Part shown: positions 12,724-24,033 of the stretch, piece by piece
How the letters are laid out: each line of letters starts with the position of its first letter
Numbering within the stretch: position 1 is the first letter of the stretch
Notes under the pieces: generated by a model
The model's input: the letters and a program-made list of their open reading frames with translations, nothing else
Told to the model about the DNA's origin: nothing
Database searches by the model: none
Assembly (NCBI GenBank): GCA_965112735.1
Contig: OZ218953.1
Span: forward strand, 1,426,001 to 1,490,000
DNA: 64,000 nucleotides
Reading direction: 5' to 3'
Source: Phaeosaccion multiseriatum
Lineage: Eukaryota; Protista; Ochrophyta, other classes
Program-made: the position numbers and the translations under genes

Positions 12724-13163
12724 TTACAGAAATTTAGATAGCCGCTCCACCCCGAACGTCCCAACCGTGTCCCCCAGCATGATGAGGATGAGGCCTCTAG
12801 ACCACTCCTCCGAGGGGGCGGGGCTGAGCTGCAGTAAGTCATTGAGCGGGGGAAAGGCCTCTGAAGCCGCTGCGAAGACGGTGAGGGTGGAGGCAAGGAG
12901 CAGGCGGAACAGCGCCGTGTTGTCGCGGAGAGATTGCATAAAGGGTTCACCGGTATAACAGTTGGTGAAGGTGTTGATCTGTTACAGAGAGGGGGGGAGC
13001 AAGAGAGAGAGGGGGGGGTGGGGTGAGTGGTTGGTGATGCTTTCTTTCCGTGAGGAGGAGTCTCGGCTGCTCTTGCTGGCACATCGAATGAGAGAGAAGC
13101 GCAAAGAGAGAGAGAGAAAGAGAGAGGAGAGGGGGGGGGTGGGGTCCTTTTAACCTTCCAGAT

Positions 13164-13214
<51 letters not shown>

Positions 13215-14079
13215 CCACCTGCATCATGGTAGACAGCAGGAAGATTGCCGAGTTGAGGCAATTGGGGATGAAGGGCCCGTCCGCTGCCATCGAAGGGTCG
13301 TCCCGGCGGATGTACGGCTGACAGAGCTTCACCACACACACCAGGGAGGCGAGGTGGACCAAGAACTGCCCGCAGATGGAGCTCACGGCTGCTCTGTTGA
13401 AGATGCAGCTGGGCGGCCTGTGGTGTATAAGGGGGGTGGTGTTTCGAGGTTTCGGTGTTTCGGTAGTTTGATGATTTCAAGCGTCGATGTTGTTGATGTC
13501 GATGTTATGTTTCGATGTTGGGTGTCGATGTCGAGATCGGGGTTGAGGCGGGGGCGTATTGGATACCAGGGGGGGTGTTGGTTGACGTATTGTAGTGTAC
13601 TTCATGCACCCACAAAATATATATATATATACAAACGTGTGTACACCCACCCACACCAACACACACGCACCCACACATGCACACACACGCACACACACAC
13701 GCACACACACGCTCACACACTCACCTCTGCGGGCTGAGGCGTTCCAGCGGCGTGGCCCGGCTTGTGCAGTAGAACAGGGCAGTGACCGCAAGGCCCACGG
13801 CGGTCATCTGGTAGTCCCCTTGCTTGACGCCGTACAGGTACAGCCCGGAGAGCATGTAGGCACACGTCAGGCAGTTCAGGGCCAAGATCTTGTACACCTG
13901 GGGGGGTGGGGTGGGGATTGAGTTTGAGTGTTGAGTGTTGAGTGTTGAGTTTTGAGTTTCAGGTTCATGAGGCCAGTCGTCTATCGCCTGTCACCCATAC
14001 ATACCCTCACACACACACTCATACACACACAGACACACAGACACAGACGTGACACATACACACAACACACATGACCCCC

Positions 14080-14110
<31 letters not shown>

Positions 14111-15443
14111 ACACACACCTGCAGAGTGGTTACGAGAGTGCATCGGCCCTGCCTGACGACGGACAGTACGCAACTAATGGAGGTGGTGCGGGCCGTGAAG
14201 GGGCTGGCCACAGAGGCGTCACCGAGCTGCACAAGGGTGGGGTCTCTGTGAGCCTCCTGCGTCTCTGCCATGCTTAGAGCGAGGCTGTGTTGTCGCTTGG
14301 AGCTGAGGGGGAGGGGGAGGGGAGGAGAGGGGAGGGGTTGGCGAGGGGGAGAAGAGATGTATGATGAGATTGGGATCGGTAAGAGAGACATTGGATACAA
14401 AACACAGCTCAGCTCAACCCTGCACGGCACGGGGCCGCGCCCCTACTGACTCACTCACTCACTCCCTCCCTCCCTCCCTCCCTCCCTCCCTCATTCACTC
14501 ACTCCCTCACTCACTCACTCACGCACTCCCTCACTCACCCAGTCACTCCCTCCTTCCCTCCCTCACTCGCTCACTCACTCTCATTCACTCACTCACTCAC
14601 GCACTCCCTCCCTCCCTCATTCACTCACTCCCTCACTCACTCATGCACTCCGTCACTCACCCACTCACTCCCTCCCTCCCTCACTCCCTCCCTCATTCAC
14701 TCACTCACTCACTCCCTCCCTCCCTCACTCCCTCACTCACTCCCTCCCTCCCTCATTCACTCACTCACTCACTCACTCACGCACTCCCTCACTCACCCAC
14801 TCACTCCTTCCCTCACTCACTCCCTCCCTCAGTCACTCACTCACTCGCGCACTCCCTCACTCACCCACTCACCCACTCACTCCCTCCCTCACTCCCTCAT
14901 TCACTCACTCACCCACTCACTCACTCACGCACTCCCTCACTCACCCACTCACTCCCTCACTCACTCACTCCCTCATTCACTCATTCACTCACTCTCTCCC
15001 TCCCGCACCCCCTCCCTCCCTCCCGCACCCCCTCCCTCCCTCCCTCCCTCCCTCATTCACCCATCACTCATTCACTCACTCACTCACTCACCCGCTCTTG
15101 GCGTCCGCACTGTGGCCCTGCAGCCTCCTCTCCAGCTCTGGCGAGTTGACAATGCTGATGCCCACATGAGACAGCTTTAGCGCCCCCACATCGTTTGTCC
15201 CGTCGCCACACATCATGGTTATCAAGCCGGCGTCGTTCAGAGCAGCCACTACGGTCTCCTTCTGATCCGGGGAGGCCCGGGCGAAAACGGTGACGTGTGG
15301 ACAGAGCTTCCCGAGGAGGGCCTTGCGAGAGAGGCTCCGGCTGTTGTCGAGCTCGCCGTAATGTCCCTGTTGTTGCTGCTCTTGCTTGCGCTGCGCATCT
15401 ACTGGTCCTTCTAATCCTCCTCCTCCTCCTCCTCCTCCTCCTC

Positions 15444-15477
<34 letters not shown>

Positions 15478-16015
15478 ATCCAAAGCCAGCAATCGACTCA
15501 GGCTCGGCCCTGTCATGCACAACGAGTAGCGCTGGGCCAGACCCTCCACCTCGTCCACGTCAAACTTGAACCCCCCATCACCACCACCATCACACGCCCC
15601 TTCCCCTTTCTCCTCCTCCTGCTCGTCCGAAAAGTCCGCGAGTGCATGCCTCCACTCCATGCGCCCCCCAGCTCTCCCCTTCCCTCCCCCGTCCCCCTCC
15701 CCTGACCCTGACCCATCCTCTCGTCGAGGGCCAACAAAGGCTAGTGCCAGCGTCTCCTTGGGCTCGTGTGGCACCATGCCGACTTGGCGACCCACGTCCG
15801 CCGCTGTCAGCAACGCATCACCCGTGATCATGACTGTGCGGTGTCGGGACTGAATGAGATCGGCGATCACATCCTCCACGCCTGGTTTGAGCGGGCATGA
15901 CAGCACGAGGAAGCCGGCGAAGACCAAATCGCGCTCGCACTCCGATCGTTCTAACTTGGTCACATCCACCTCCACCTCCGTCCCCTTGCTACTGCTACTG
16001 CTGCTGCTGCTGCTG

Positions 16016-16050
<35 letters not shown>

Positions 16051-18074
16051 CTTGTTGTTACCCGTCCCCCCCTTTCTCATCATGTCCGATGCGTCCAGAA
16101 CCCTGTAGCCCATGGCCAAGACCCTCCTTCCCCTGCTCATATGGTAGCGATAGGTGGCTCTGTAGTTATCAGGGGGGTCCTTGAGGAGCCCTTCGAGGGC
16201 CTCGGGGGCACCTTTGGCCACCAGCCACAGAGGCTTGTCGAACGGGTGTACCGCGGGGGAGGGGGAGGGCTGCGGTGGAGTGGAGTGGAGGGGTGGAATG
16301 GGGGGGGGGGGAGGAAGACTACAATCTGAGAACAAGGAGGGAGCTAGGCCATAGATATATGGGTGGATAGAACGATAGAAGATGGATAAAAAGAGAGAGA
16401 CGAGCATATCCATCTCTCTACCGCACCTCCTCCTGTGGTGTCTGCACTTCCAACTGCGTCACCACCGTACTCATTCTCCGCAATGAGGCCTCAAAAGAAA
16501 ACGTGTGGAGGATGCGAATGGGGGCATTGCCCTTCTTCCGCGCCGCCGCATCAGGAAACACCGTTCTGCCCGGCCCCATCTTCCACCCCAAGCCTTCGAG
16601 GGTTGCCTTCTCGAGAGGGTCTCCAACAAGTTCAGAAGAGAACATGACAAGGCTGTGGCACCCGCCGAGGACACGGAGGGTCACAGGGCCAAGGTTCTTG
16701 GGCTTCTTGATCTGTTGGAGGGAGAGGGAGGGGGGTGGGGTGGGGTGGCATAGGGTTGGGGGAGGGGAGAGGGAGGGGGAGGTAGCGTGGATCAGAACTG
16801 AGTTGTGCCCTTCCGTCAAAACGCACCGATCGATTTACTGACATAAAATGAAGCTCTCTCTCTCTCTCTCTCTGGAGGGGCGCGCGTACCTTAGTGACTG
16901 CTGCTGCACCTCCTTGCTGCGGTTTGGACTGCTCCTTCGCGTGGGTGGCTTCGCCCTCCTTACTGCTGTTGCTGCTTGATGCTTTTTGATTCGCTACAGC
17001 ATCGCACGGTGCAGAAATCTGCGCACACCAGCGGGGACGTTGGTACGTAAGTAGGTGCGTAAGTATGTACGTACGTAGTTAAGGTACGTGCCCCAAAAGA
17101 GGGCAAAGGAAGGCCTTAGGATCAGACAGGAAGGTCAGCCGGGGGAAGTCAACATCACTCGCAGACTCAAAACCCACACTCAAACTCAAACTCAAACTCA
17201 ACCCCAAACTCACCCCGCGTAGCACGAGCCCGTCCGTAGTGAGCGTGCCCGTCTTGTCGAAGCAGCATACGTCCACCTTGCCCCCATAAGGGATGCGAAA
17301 GGGCTCTGTACAGAACACACTCACTGCCTGCAGGGCGGCCAGCGAGTTTGTCACTGCCAGACTCAGCTCCATGGGCAGCTCCGGAGGGACCACGCTGGTG
17401 ACGATCATGATGCAGTGAAGGATCAGCTTGAACATGTTGCGGGTCTCGTCCTGTGGGTGGTAGTAAGTTAATGGAGGGGGGAAGGGGAGTGAAAGGAAAA
17501 AAAAGATGGAGGGGTTCAGTGAGTGAGTGAGTGAGTGAGTGAGTACGAAACGCAGAGACACAGATCAAGACGCAAACAGCAGTTGTACAACCACAGCACA
17601 ACCACAGCACAACCACAGCACAACCACAGTACCTGAAGGCCTTGGTGCAGCACGTAAGCCGAGGCCATCATGGCACAGAGGAGAAGCACGCAGATGAAGC
17701 CCACCGTCTCTCTGTCTCCCCCCACGGAGATCCTCTCGGAGGCAAAGAGGATCGTCTTGAGTAACTGCCCCTGACTCGTCTCAAAGCCCGTTCGGAGCGC
17801 GAAGCAGAGACAGCCTCGATCAGGGGGCTGGGGGATACCACTGCTGCTACTAGCAGGAATGCTTCTGCTGCTGCTGCTGCTACTGCTGCTGCTACTGCTG
17901 CTACTGCTATCGCTCCCTGCATTGTCGTGCTGCAACAGCTTGGTCCCGCTGTACACGATGTGGCGGCGATGGGCGCTCATGGTGCCATCCCCGATCTCAA
18001 GCACTGTCTTCTGTGCCTCCACACCGCCCGCCGCAGCCACACTCTCCTTCATCTTCTCAGCAGAAGGCGGTAGT

Positions 18075-18128
<54 letters not shown>

Positions 18129-20504
18129 GTGGTGGTGGTGGCGGAGGTGTGGTTGTGGGGAGGGGGGGGTGGGGGGAAGGGGGCAAGAGCAATGAGGGGC
18201 AGGCAGCGGCGACGAAGAAAAAGGACAAAGGACAACAGCCAGGCGGGAAAGGGAGAGGAGACAGGACAACCTCCAGGGAACTTTCCAGGGAATACTCCTG
18301 TTGCCGTTCGTTCTGTTCGTGGCAGGAAGCAAAAGTCATTCACTCCCCTCTTCCGCTCCGCTCCAAGGGGGGGCAGACTTCGTCCAGCTCCACTGCCCAC
18401 TCACACTCACTCACCCACCAAATCACCCACTCAGTCACGAACCCGCCTATTCACCCGCCCACCCACTCACCCACCCCCTTTACTCACCCACACACTCACC
18501 CACACACTCACCCAAAAACTCACGCACTCACTCACTCACTCACCTGGGGAACGCTCTCACCCGTGAGCATGGCCTCGTTGACCACCGCTGTCCCGCTCAG
18601 CAGCAGCATGTCACATGGAACCAGTGCATCGGCCTGTACCGCCCAGTCCCCCCCAGTATAGGACCCCGGCCGCAGCCCCTGACGCAGACTCTGGAGGGCG
18701 AGCTCCCAGCTGGGTGGGGAGCTGACCAGAGAGACGATGTCGCCAGGCAACACGAGCTCGCTCGAGATGAGCTGCCAAGTGCCCTACGGTTGGGGTGAGA
18801 TGCGCGTGTGGATGACACAGGACAAGGAGGATAAAAAATCGGAGAGAATGATAGGAAAGGTACAGACACACACACACAGAGAGAGAGAGGGAGAGGTAGA
18901 GAACCTCGTCAGAGAAGCAAGGTTTTCCCTCCCTGGCACGACAGAGATGGGCTGACCGACTGAATGCTGTCTGACCGGCTGACTGGTTGACCAATCGACT
19001 GACCGACCGACCACCCGGACAACCAACCCACCGACCGACGCGATCGACTGATCAGCTGACCCACAGACCGATGTCTGTCTTTCGACTGTCTGACTGACTG
19101 ACAGACAGACTGACTGACTGACCTGCCGGAAGACGTAGACGGCATGGGGAGGTCTCCTCATTGAGCGCATCTCCTGCAAGCTCCTCTTGCGTGTATAGCA
19201 CATGGTGGCCTCGAATATGACGAGCATGACGAGGGTGAAGAAGCTGTAGTACCAGTACTCGTCCAGGCTCCACAGCACCACGCAGAGGACCTGAGGGGGG
19301 AGGGGCAAGCGCGGAGGGAAAGGAAGGGAAGGAGAAGGGAAGGGCCAGACCAGGCGAGGTGAGGTGAGGATGGGAGGGGGGGGGGGGGCGCACGCGAGCC
19401 CGTGTCCAAGAGCATCCAAGGCACCCCTGGGTAAAACAGAAGGTTAGCTACATGTCCTCCTCCAAAACAAAGGGTGCTGGAGCTGGCCAGACAGGCAAGC
19501 CGACAAGACGAACCCGAGGCCTTCCTCTTGGCACAACAGGTTCGTTGCTTTGATACATGTGTGCTTAAATGCTTCAATCGTACCTGGAACACAAAGAAGG
19601 GCGCCACAGCATGCTCTCGAAAGAGGTCGGCGAAGGAAGGCTCCGGTATGTCGAGCTCGTTTACGCCCCAGCGCTCCCGTGCCGCGTCCGCCTGCGCCCG
19701 GCTGTGGCCCCGGTGCGCCAGGTACTGTGCGAAGGTGCAGGAGGAGGGGTAGTCAAGCTTCCTGAAGGCCTTCTTCTCGCCCTCATCCCCCCCGTACACG
19801 TAAGTGCACTGTTGGTAGGTGAACCATGCGGTCGGAATGGGGAAGCGCACGCCGCCGAGTCGAATGCTGCTGTCGTCTTTAGACTGATTGCTGCTGCTGC
19901 TGCTGCTGCTGCTGCTTCTGCTGCTGCGCCTTTCACAGTCCTGCTGCCGCCGACAAATCTTGACCAGCTTTGCCTGCCCAGGGAGGACGGCGATGGGACG
20001 GGGAGGATGCACGCACCACTGCAAGCTGAGACAAAATATTGATCCCCCTTGAGAAGGCTTCAGATATAGGGGCACTTCCTCTTGGAGGCTTCCTCTGCTT
20101 GCACTCACCTTGCCACTGTTCTGCGCGGAGGGGACGACCATGAGCATCTCGGCCTTGTCCACGCTGGATACGGGGGAGAAGCCGACAAAGCACCGGAAAG
20201 CAACGCTCCACTGGCAGCTCAAGAAGACGCCGACGTGCGCCATCAGCAGCAGAGGAAACAGGAAGACTATGGCAGAGGAAGGGGGGCTTGCGGACCGCTG
20301 CGCCAACAACACCTCAATATCACCGCAGCGGACCAAAAGAAGCAGGTAGAGCGCCGCGAAGGGGAGAATGTCGAGGCGAGAAAGCCAGCTGTGGCGCACA
20401 CAGGGCTCCACCCTTTGCACCACATTGTCGGCGACGAGCACCTTGGCTGGGGATGCTACTTGAACCTTGTTATTTAGGGTATCTAGTAGAAGGCGTCTGT
20501 CCAT
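12724..20504 (-). CDS. ATP13A1: P5A-type ATPase (ATP13A1/Spf1, ER transmembrane-helix dislocase)
   Basis: Multi-exon. [13 protein letters not shown]|[30 protein letters not shown]5A signature [21 protein letters not shown] (about 17240-17270), [23 protein letters not shown] and [11 protein letters not shown]; stop at 12724. Confidence 0.95.
14447..15090 (-). repeat. About 640-bp degenerate (GTGA/GAGT/GAGG)n microsatellite filling an ATP13A1 intron and starting at the GTGAGT donor
   Basis: The + strand reads (ctca)n/(ctcc)n; on the sense strand the intron begins gtgagtgagtgagtgagtga. Confidence 0.9.
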
Positions 20505-20890
20505 TTTTAGAGCAAAAGGAGGACTTGCAGATCCAGATTGATTGCAAGGCTGAGGAGTGGCTGCCAATTGGAGGTTGGACCACCAACACGAGAGCTTGGG
20601 GGTTACCGCCACAGAGTCCCACGACGTTGCGTTGCGGGATGGCGCCCTCCCTCCCTCAATTGAGGGCGAGAAAGAGGCCTCTACCGACCTCCATAAATTC
20701 GATGTCTGCAGGGGCTGCTCCTGCTCTCCCTGCCGCAGAAAAAGTGGGTCTTTTGGGGCTGGCCACAGGTATCTCCTCGATCTGGTCGCCTTATCAACCA
20801 CCTCGTATCGGCAGCGGCGGCGGCGGCGGCGGCGGAGAGAGGAACGCCGCGAAGAAAGCTGTGGGAGTGGTTCCCTCTCGATTGGGGGGA

Positions 20891-23182
20891 ATGTCGCTGC
20901 TGGACGTGTTGAGGCGGTGGAACACAGCCTCAAGAGCCATGCGCACAGCGGTGCTGCGTGGGATCGTCAGGGGCTTTGGTGGGCACTGCAGCGGCAGTGA
21001 AAGCATGCTGGAGGAACGAGAGTCTATGTTGGGTCCGGAGCTACCGAAACTGAGGCATGTGTGTGTCCCTGTCAGCATTAGCCAGCAGGACCTGTTTGCA
21101 CCAGAAGCAGGGCTCCTCATGATGCGTATCATCGGGCACCTGCACTCATCGTACAGTCAGGGAAGGAGGTGCGCCGCGCCCATCAAGGTGATCTCTCTCC
21201 TGCTAACTGTGACCTCGGGCTGCCAGCTTCTTCAAGATGTCAAGGACAGCGACTGTGTCTCCACTTTGCTTCGAATCCTTCGCGACCAGGGCCACCCATG
21301 GCCCGACGACCGTGCCGCTGCTCTGACTCTACTGCACACTCTGACCATCGTAGGGGGGCGGAGTGCGAAGGAGAGTCTAACTTGCGCCGGCAGCGACGCT
21401 GTGGAGGCGGTGGTGGTGTCTTTGAGGGCGTCACACACCCCTGCGGAGATTGCTGCGGCCTCCTTGCTCCTGTGTCAGCTCGGGATGGGCAACCCCGACG
21501 GCCGGCAGTGCGTCACAAATGGCCTGCTATGCCTGTTGGTATCCCACGGCAGCCCCGAGGTGCAGAGACTGGGGTGCAGTGTGATCAAATTCCAACTGAC
21601 GCGAGGGGACTGCTTTGCGCTTGTGGAGGAAGACCACCATTCCAAAACTACCCTTTTGCTCTCTCTGCTGAACCTTGTCTTTAACGAAGATGAGGACTTG
21701 AGAAAAGAGGCAGAGCACCTCGTGCTGTTTGGGTTCGCAGAGATGGGGAGCATCGCAGGGAATATGCTCAAATACCTCGGCAACATGATGGGAGCAGTGG
21801 AGGAAGGGGCGCCGACGGAGCTGGAGGTGCGCCGCGCGGTGCAAGCCTGTGCTCTGGTTTCCGAGCTCCTTAAGGTGAAGGGCAGTGCCCTCTTGGGGGC
21901 GCTTGAGGAGACCAGGACGGAACTGTCGCTAGTGCAGGCACTCTGCCTGGCCGCGGAGGGGGTGCGACCGGCGATGGCTGTCAAGGAGGAGGAGGGGGAG
22001 GAGGAGGAGGAGGAGAAGAAGAAGGAGGAGGGAGTGTTCGTGACCGCCCTGGCTGATGGCGAGCAGCCCCGCCCCCCCCCCGGGTCCACTTGCATACGTC
22101 TCTTGAGGCTGAACGCCGCTCGGGCTGTGGTGCGACTGTGCGAAGTGTGTGAGTCGTCGGTTGCCCAGGACGGAAGGCTTGCCGCAGCAAAGGCGCGCAA
22201 GAACTTGCAAGCTGTCCGTGAGTTGTTCAGTCTTGCCGCTGAGGAGACAGAAAACCAGTACTCTGAAGAGGAGGAAGATTTGCACCAACTACTGAGGAGC
22301 CCAGACGAGATTGTGGCCTTGGTGGAGGACCCGGAGGAGCGGGACGCCCTCCGAAAGGTGTGTTCTCGCGTACGTCGAGTGTGGGAGTATCGACAGCTGC
22401 TCAAGCCCGCCCGTGCCAAGCGCCGCTCTCTTAGTGCCGGCCTCGCTCCTGCCTCGAGGCAAGGCTCGAGGCAAGGGAGTAGTCGGACCAGCAGCCGCAG
22501 CAGCGGGGGGGGGAGGAGGAGAGGGTTGAGCATTCCAACCTCGCCCTCGCCCTCTGCTCCACGCCCGTCTGCTGGCCTGGAGCGATTGTCCCCCTTCCTC
22601 CCCCAGCAGGGGAATGGGGAGGAGGGGCGGATTCGGGCTGCACGAATGTGGGACCTTGAACAAGTCTCTGTCAGGGCCTCCTCTTTGGCCGATTTCAACG
22701 CCTTCGATCCGATGGGCCCGAGGAAGCGGTGGCGGCAGCAGCAGGAGGAGCATCATCGAAAGCAGCGCCAGCAGCAGCAGCAGCAGGAGGAGGAGCAGCA
22801 GCAGCAGCAGCAGCAGCAGCGGCAGCAGCGGCAGCAAGAGCAGCGCGCTGGAATGACAGAGGACGCGCGGAACTACAGAGAGGCCATGCATCGCATCATG
22901 AGTGGAAGTGCCGCACAAGAGGGGCAGGAACGGCAGGAACAGCAGGAGGAGCAGGAGCAGCAGCAGCAGTGGCGGGCAAAGTTTCTCGTGCCTCCTGCGA
23001 CGAGTCCTTCTCCTCCGCCGCAGGCATTGGGCGGCAGCAGTAGCAACAGACCGCCCTCCCTCAGGGGAAGGAAGCTCCCCCAGCGGGTGAAGCGCCCCCA
23101 GGGGGAAGGGCCACAGCTCGGCGGGGCACTGACCGCGAGGGGCATTCGGAAAGAGATGGTCGACGTGCTCGTGGCATTTTGA
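20891..23182 (+). CDS. Armadillo-like helical domain protein, ARMH1 (C1orf228)-like, with a Q/S-rich C-terminal extension
   Basis: LLDVLRRWNTASRAMRTAVL, DLFAPEAGLLMMRI, VSTLLRIL and LLCQLGMGNPDGRQCVTNGLLCLL..SPEVQRL parallel human ARMH1 as recalled ([48 protein letters not shown]); possible 75-nt intron at 21014-21088. Confidence 0.7.
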   Translation: MSLLDVLRRWNTASRAMRTAVLRGIVRGFGGHCSGSESMLEERESMLGPELPKLRHVCVPVSISQQDLFAPEAGLLMMRIIGHLHSSYSQGRRCAAPIKVISLLLTVTSGCQLLQDVKDSDCVSTLLRILRDQGHPWPDDRAAALTLLHTLTIVGGRSAKESLTCAGSDAVEAVVVSLRASHTPAEIAAASLLLCQLGMGNPDGRQCVTNGLLCLLVSHGSPEVQRLGCSVIKFQLTRGDCFALVEEDHHSKTTLLLSLLNLVFNEDEDLRKEAEHLVLFGFAEMGSIAGNMLKYLGNMMGAVEEGAPTELEVRRAVQACALVSELLKVKGSALLGALEETRTELSLVQALCLAAEGVRPAMAVKEEEGEEEEEEKKKEEGVFVTALADGEQPRPPPGSTCIRLLRLNAARAVVRLCEVCESSVAQDGRLAAAKARKNLQAVRELFSLAAEETENQYSEEEEDLHQLLRSPDEIVALVEDPEERDALRKVCSRVRRVWEYRQLLKPARAKRRSLSAGLAPASRQGSRQGSSRTSSRSSGGGRRRGLSIPTSPSPSAPRPSAGLERLSPFLPQQGNGEEGRIRAARMWDLEQVSVRASSLADFNAFDPMGPRKRWRQQQEEHHRKQRQQQQQQEEEQQQQQQQQRQQRQQEQRAGMTEDARNYREAMHRIMSGSAAQEGQERQEQQEEQEQQQQWRAKFLVPPATSPSPPPQALGGSSSNRPPSLRGRKLPQRVKRPQGEGPQLGGALTARGIRKEMVDVLVAF

Positions 23183-23290
23183 ACCCTGATGCTCGACCCT
23201 GACGTGCTATGGTCGACCCCTGGCTGCTAGCCGCCAGCCGGCGTGCTATTTGCTATCGACCAATGCAGGGGTCGACTATCGACTATGGGG

Positions 23291-23568
23291 TCGGCTCCAG
23301 GCGAGGTTTCTCGGGCTTTAGGCTTCTGGGCCGTAGCCCCCTCCAGGCTTCGGGCTTCTGGCCGCAGGCCAGCGCAGGCTTCTGGCCGCAGGCCAGTGGT
23401 CAGGCTTCAGGCTTCGCAGGCTGGGAGAAAAATGGGGGACTTGGCAGGCTTTTCGCTACTTTCTGCAGGCTTCTGGCCGCAGGCCAGCCGCAGGCTTCTT
23501 ACTTTCGGCCGCAGGCCGCCGCAGGCTTCTGCTTTATCGGGGGCCCGAGAAACCTCGCCTGGAGCCGA
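23291..23568. mobile_element. 278-bp MITE with perfect 26-bp TIRs and a 6-bp TSD (ATGGGG)
   Basis: TIR tcggctccaggcgaggtttctcgggc at 23291-23316 and its exact reverse complement at 23543-23568; atgggg at 23285-23290 and 23569-23574; internal repeats of ggcttctggccgcaggcc. Confidence 0.9.
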
Positions 23569-23908
23569 ATGGGGGGGGATGTCAAAAAGAAAGAAAAAAG
23601 GACTAATGAACTGAAACTGGACATGCCTCCTCATCTCGCGCTTGGCGCGCCTTCGCGACTCTCCCTCCCTCTTCCCGCTGCCCTCTTCAATCCACCTTAC
23701 CCCCACCCCTTCTCTTCATATCAATAGAGAGACAAGTGATTATCGCATCAGCAGAAGCATTGTCTGCAAGGCAAACGACCTGGGGAGGCCAAGTGGCTGG
23801 CTTGGCTTGGCTTGAACGAACGAAAGCGGGCAAGTGAAGAGGCAAGCACAGAGCAAGAAGTAGGTACAGGAGACAGAAGGCAGGAGGCAGCCAGGAGGCC
23901 ACACGAGG

Positions 23909-23951
23909 ATGTTTGGCTCTTCTTTTGGGCAGCCCCAGCAACAACAGCAGC

Positions 23952-24033
<82 letters not shown>

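Noticed and set aside
14361-15149. 262-aa ORF of HSLT/PSLP repeats, and similar WLVG, CVCV, HTHT and poly-L ORFs elsewhere
   Set aside because: Translations of intronic microsatellites or antisense frames of real genes
20288-20890. Apparent overlap of the 964-aa and 591-aa ORFs (overlapping genes)
   Set aside because: Both extensions come from non-ATG starts; homology begins at ATG 20891 (+) and ATG 20504 (-), leaving a normal divergent spacer
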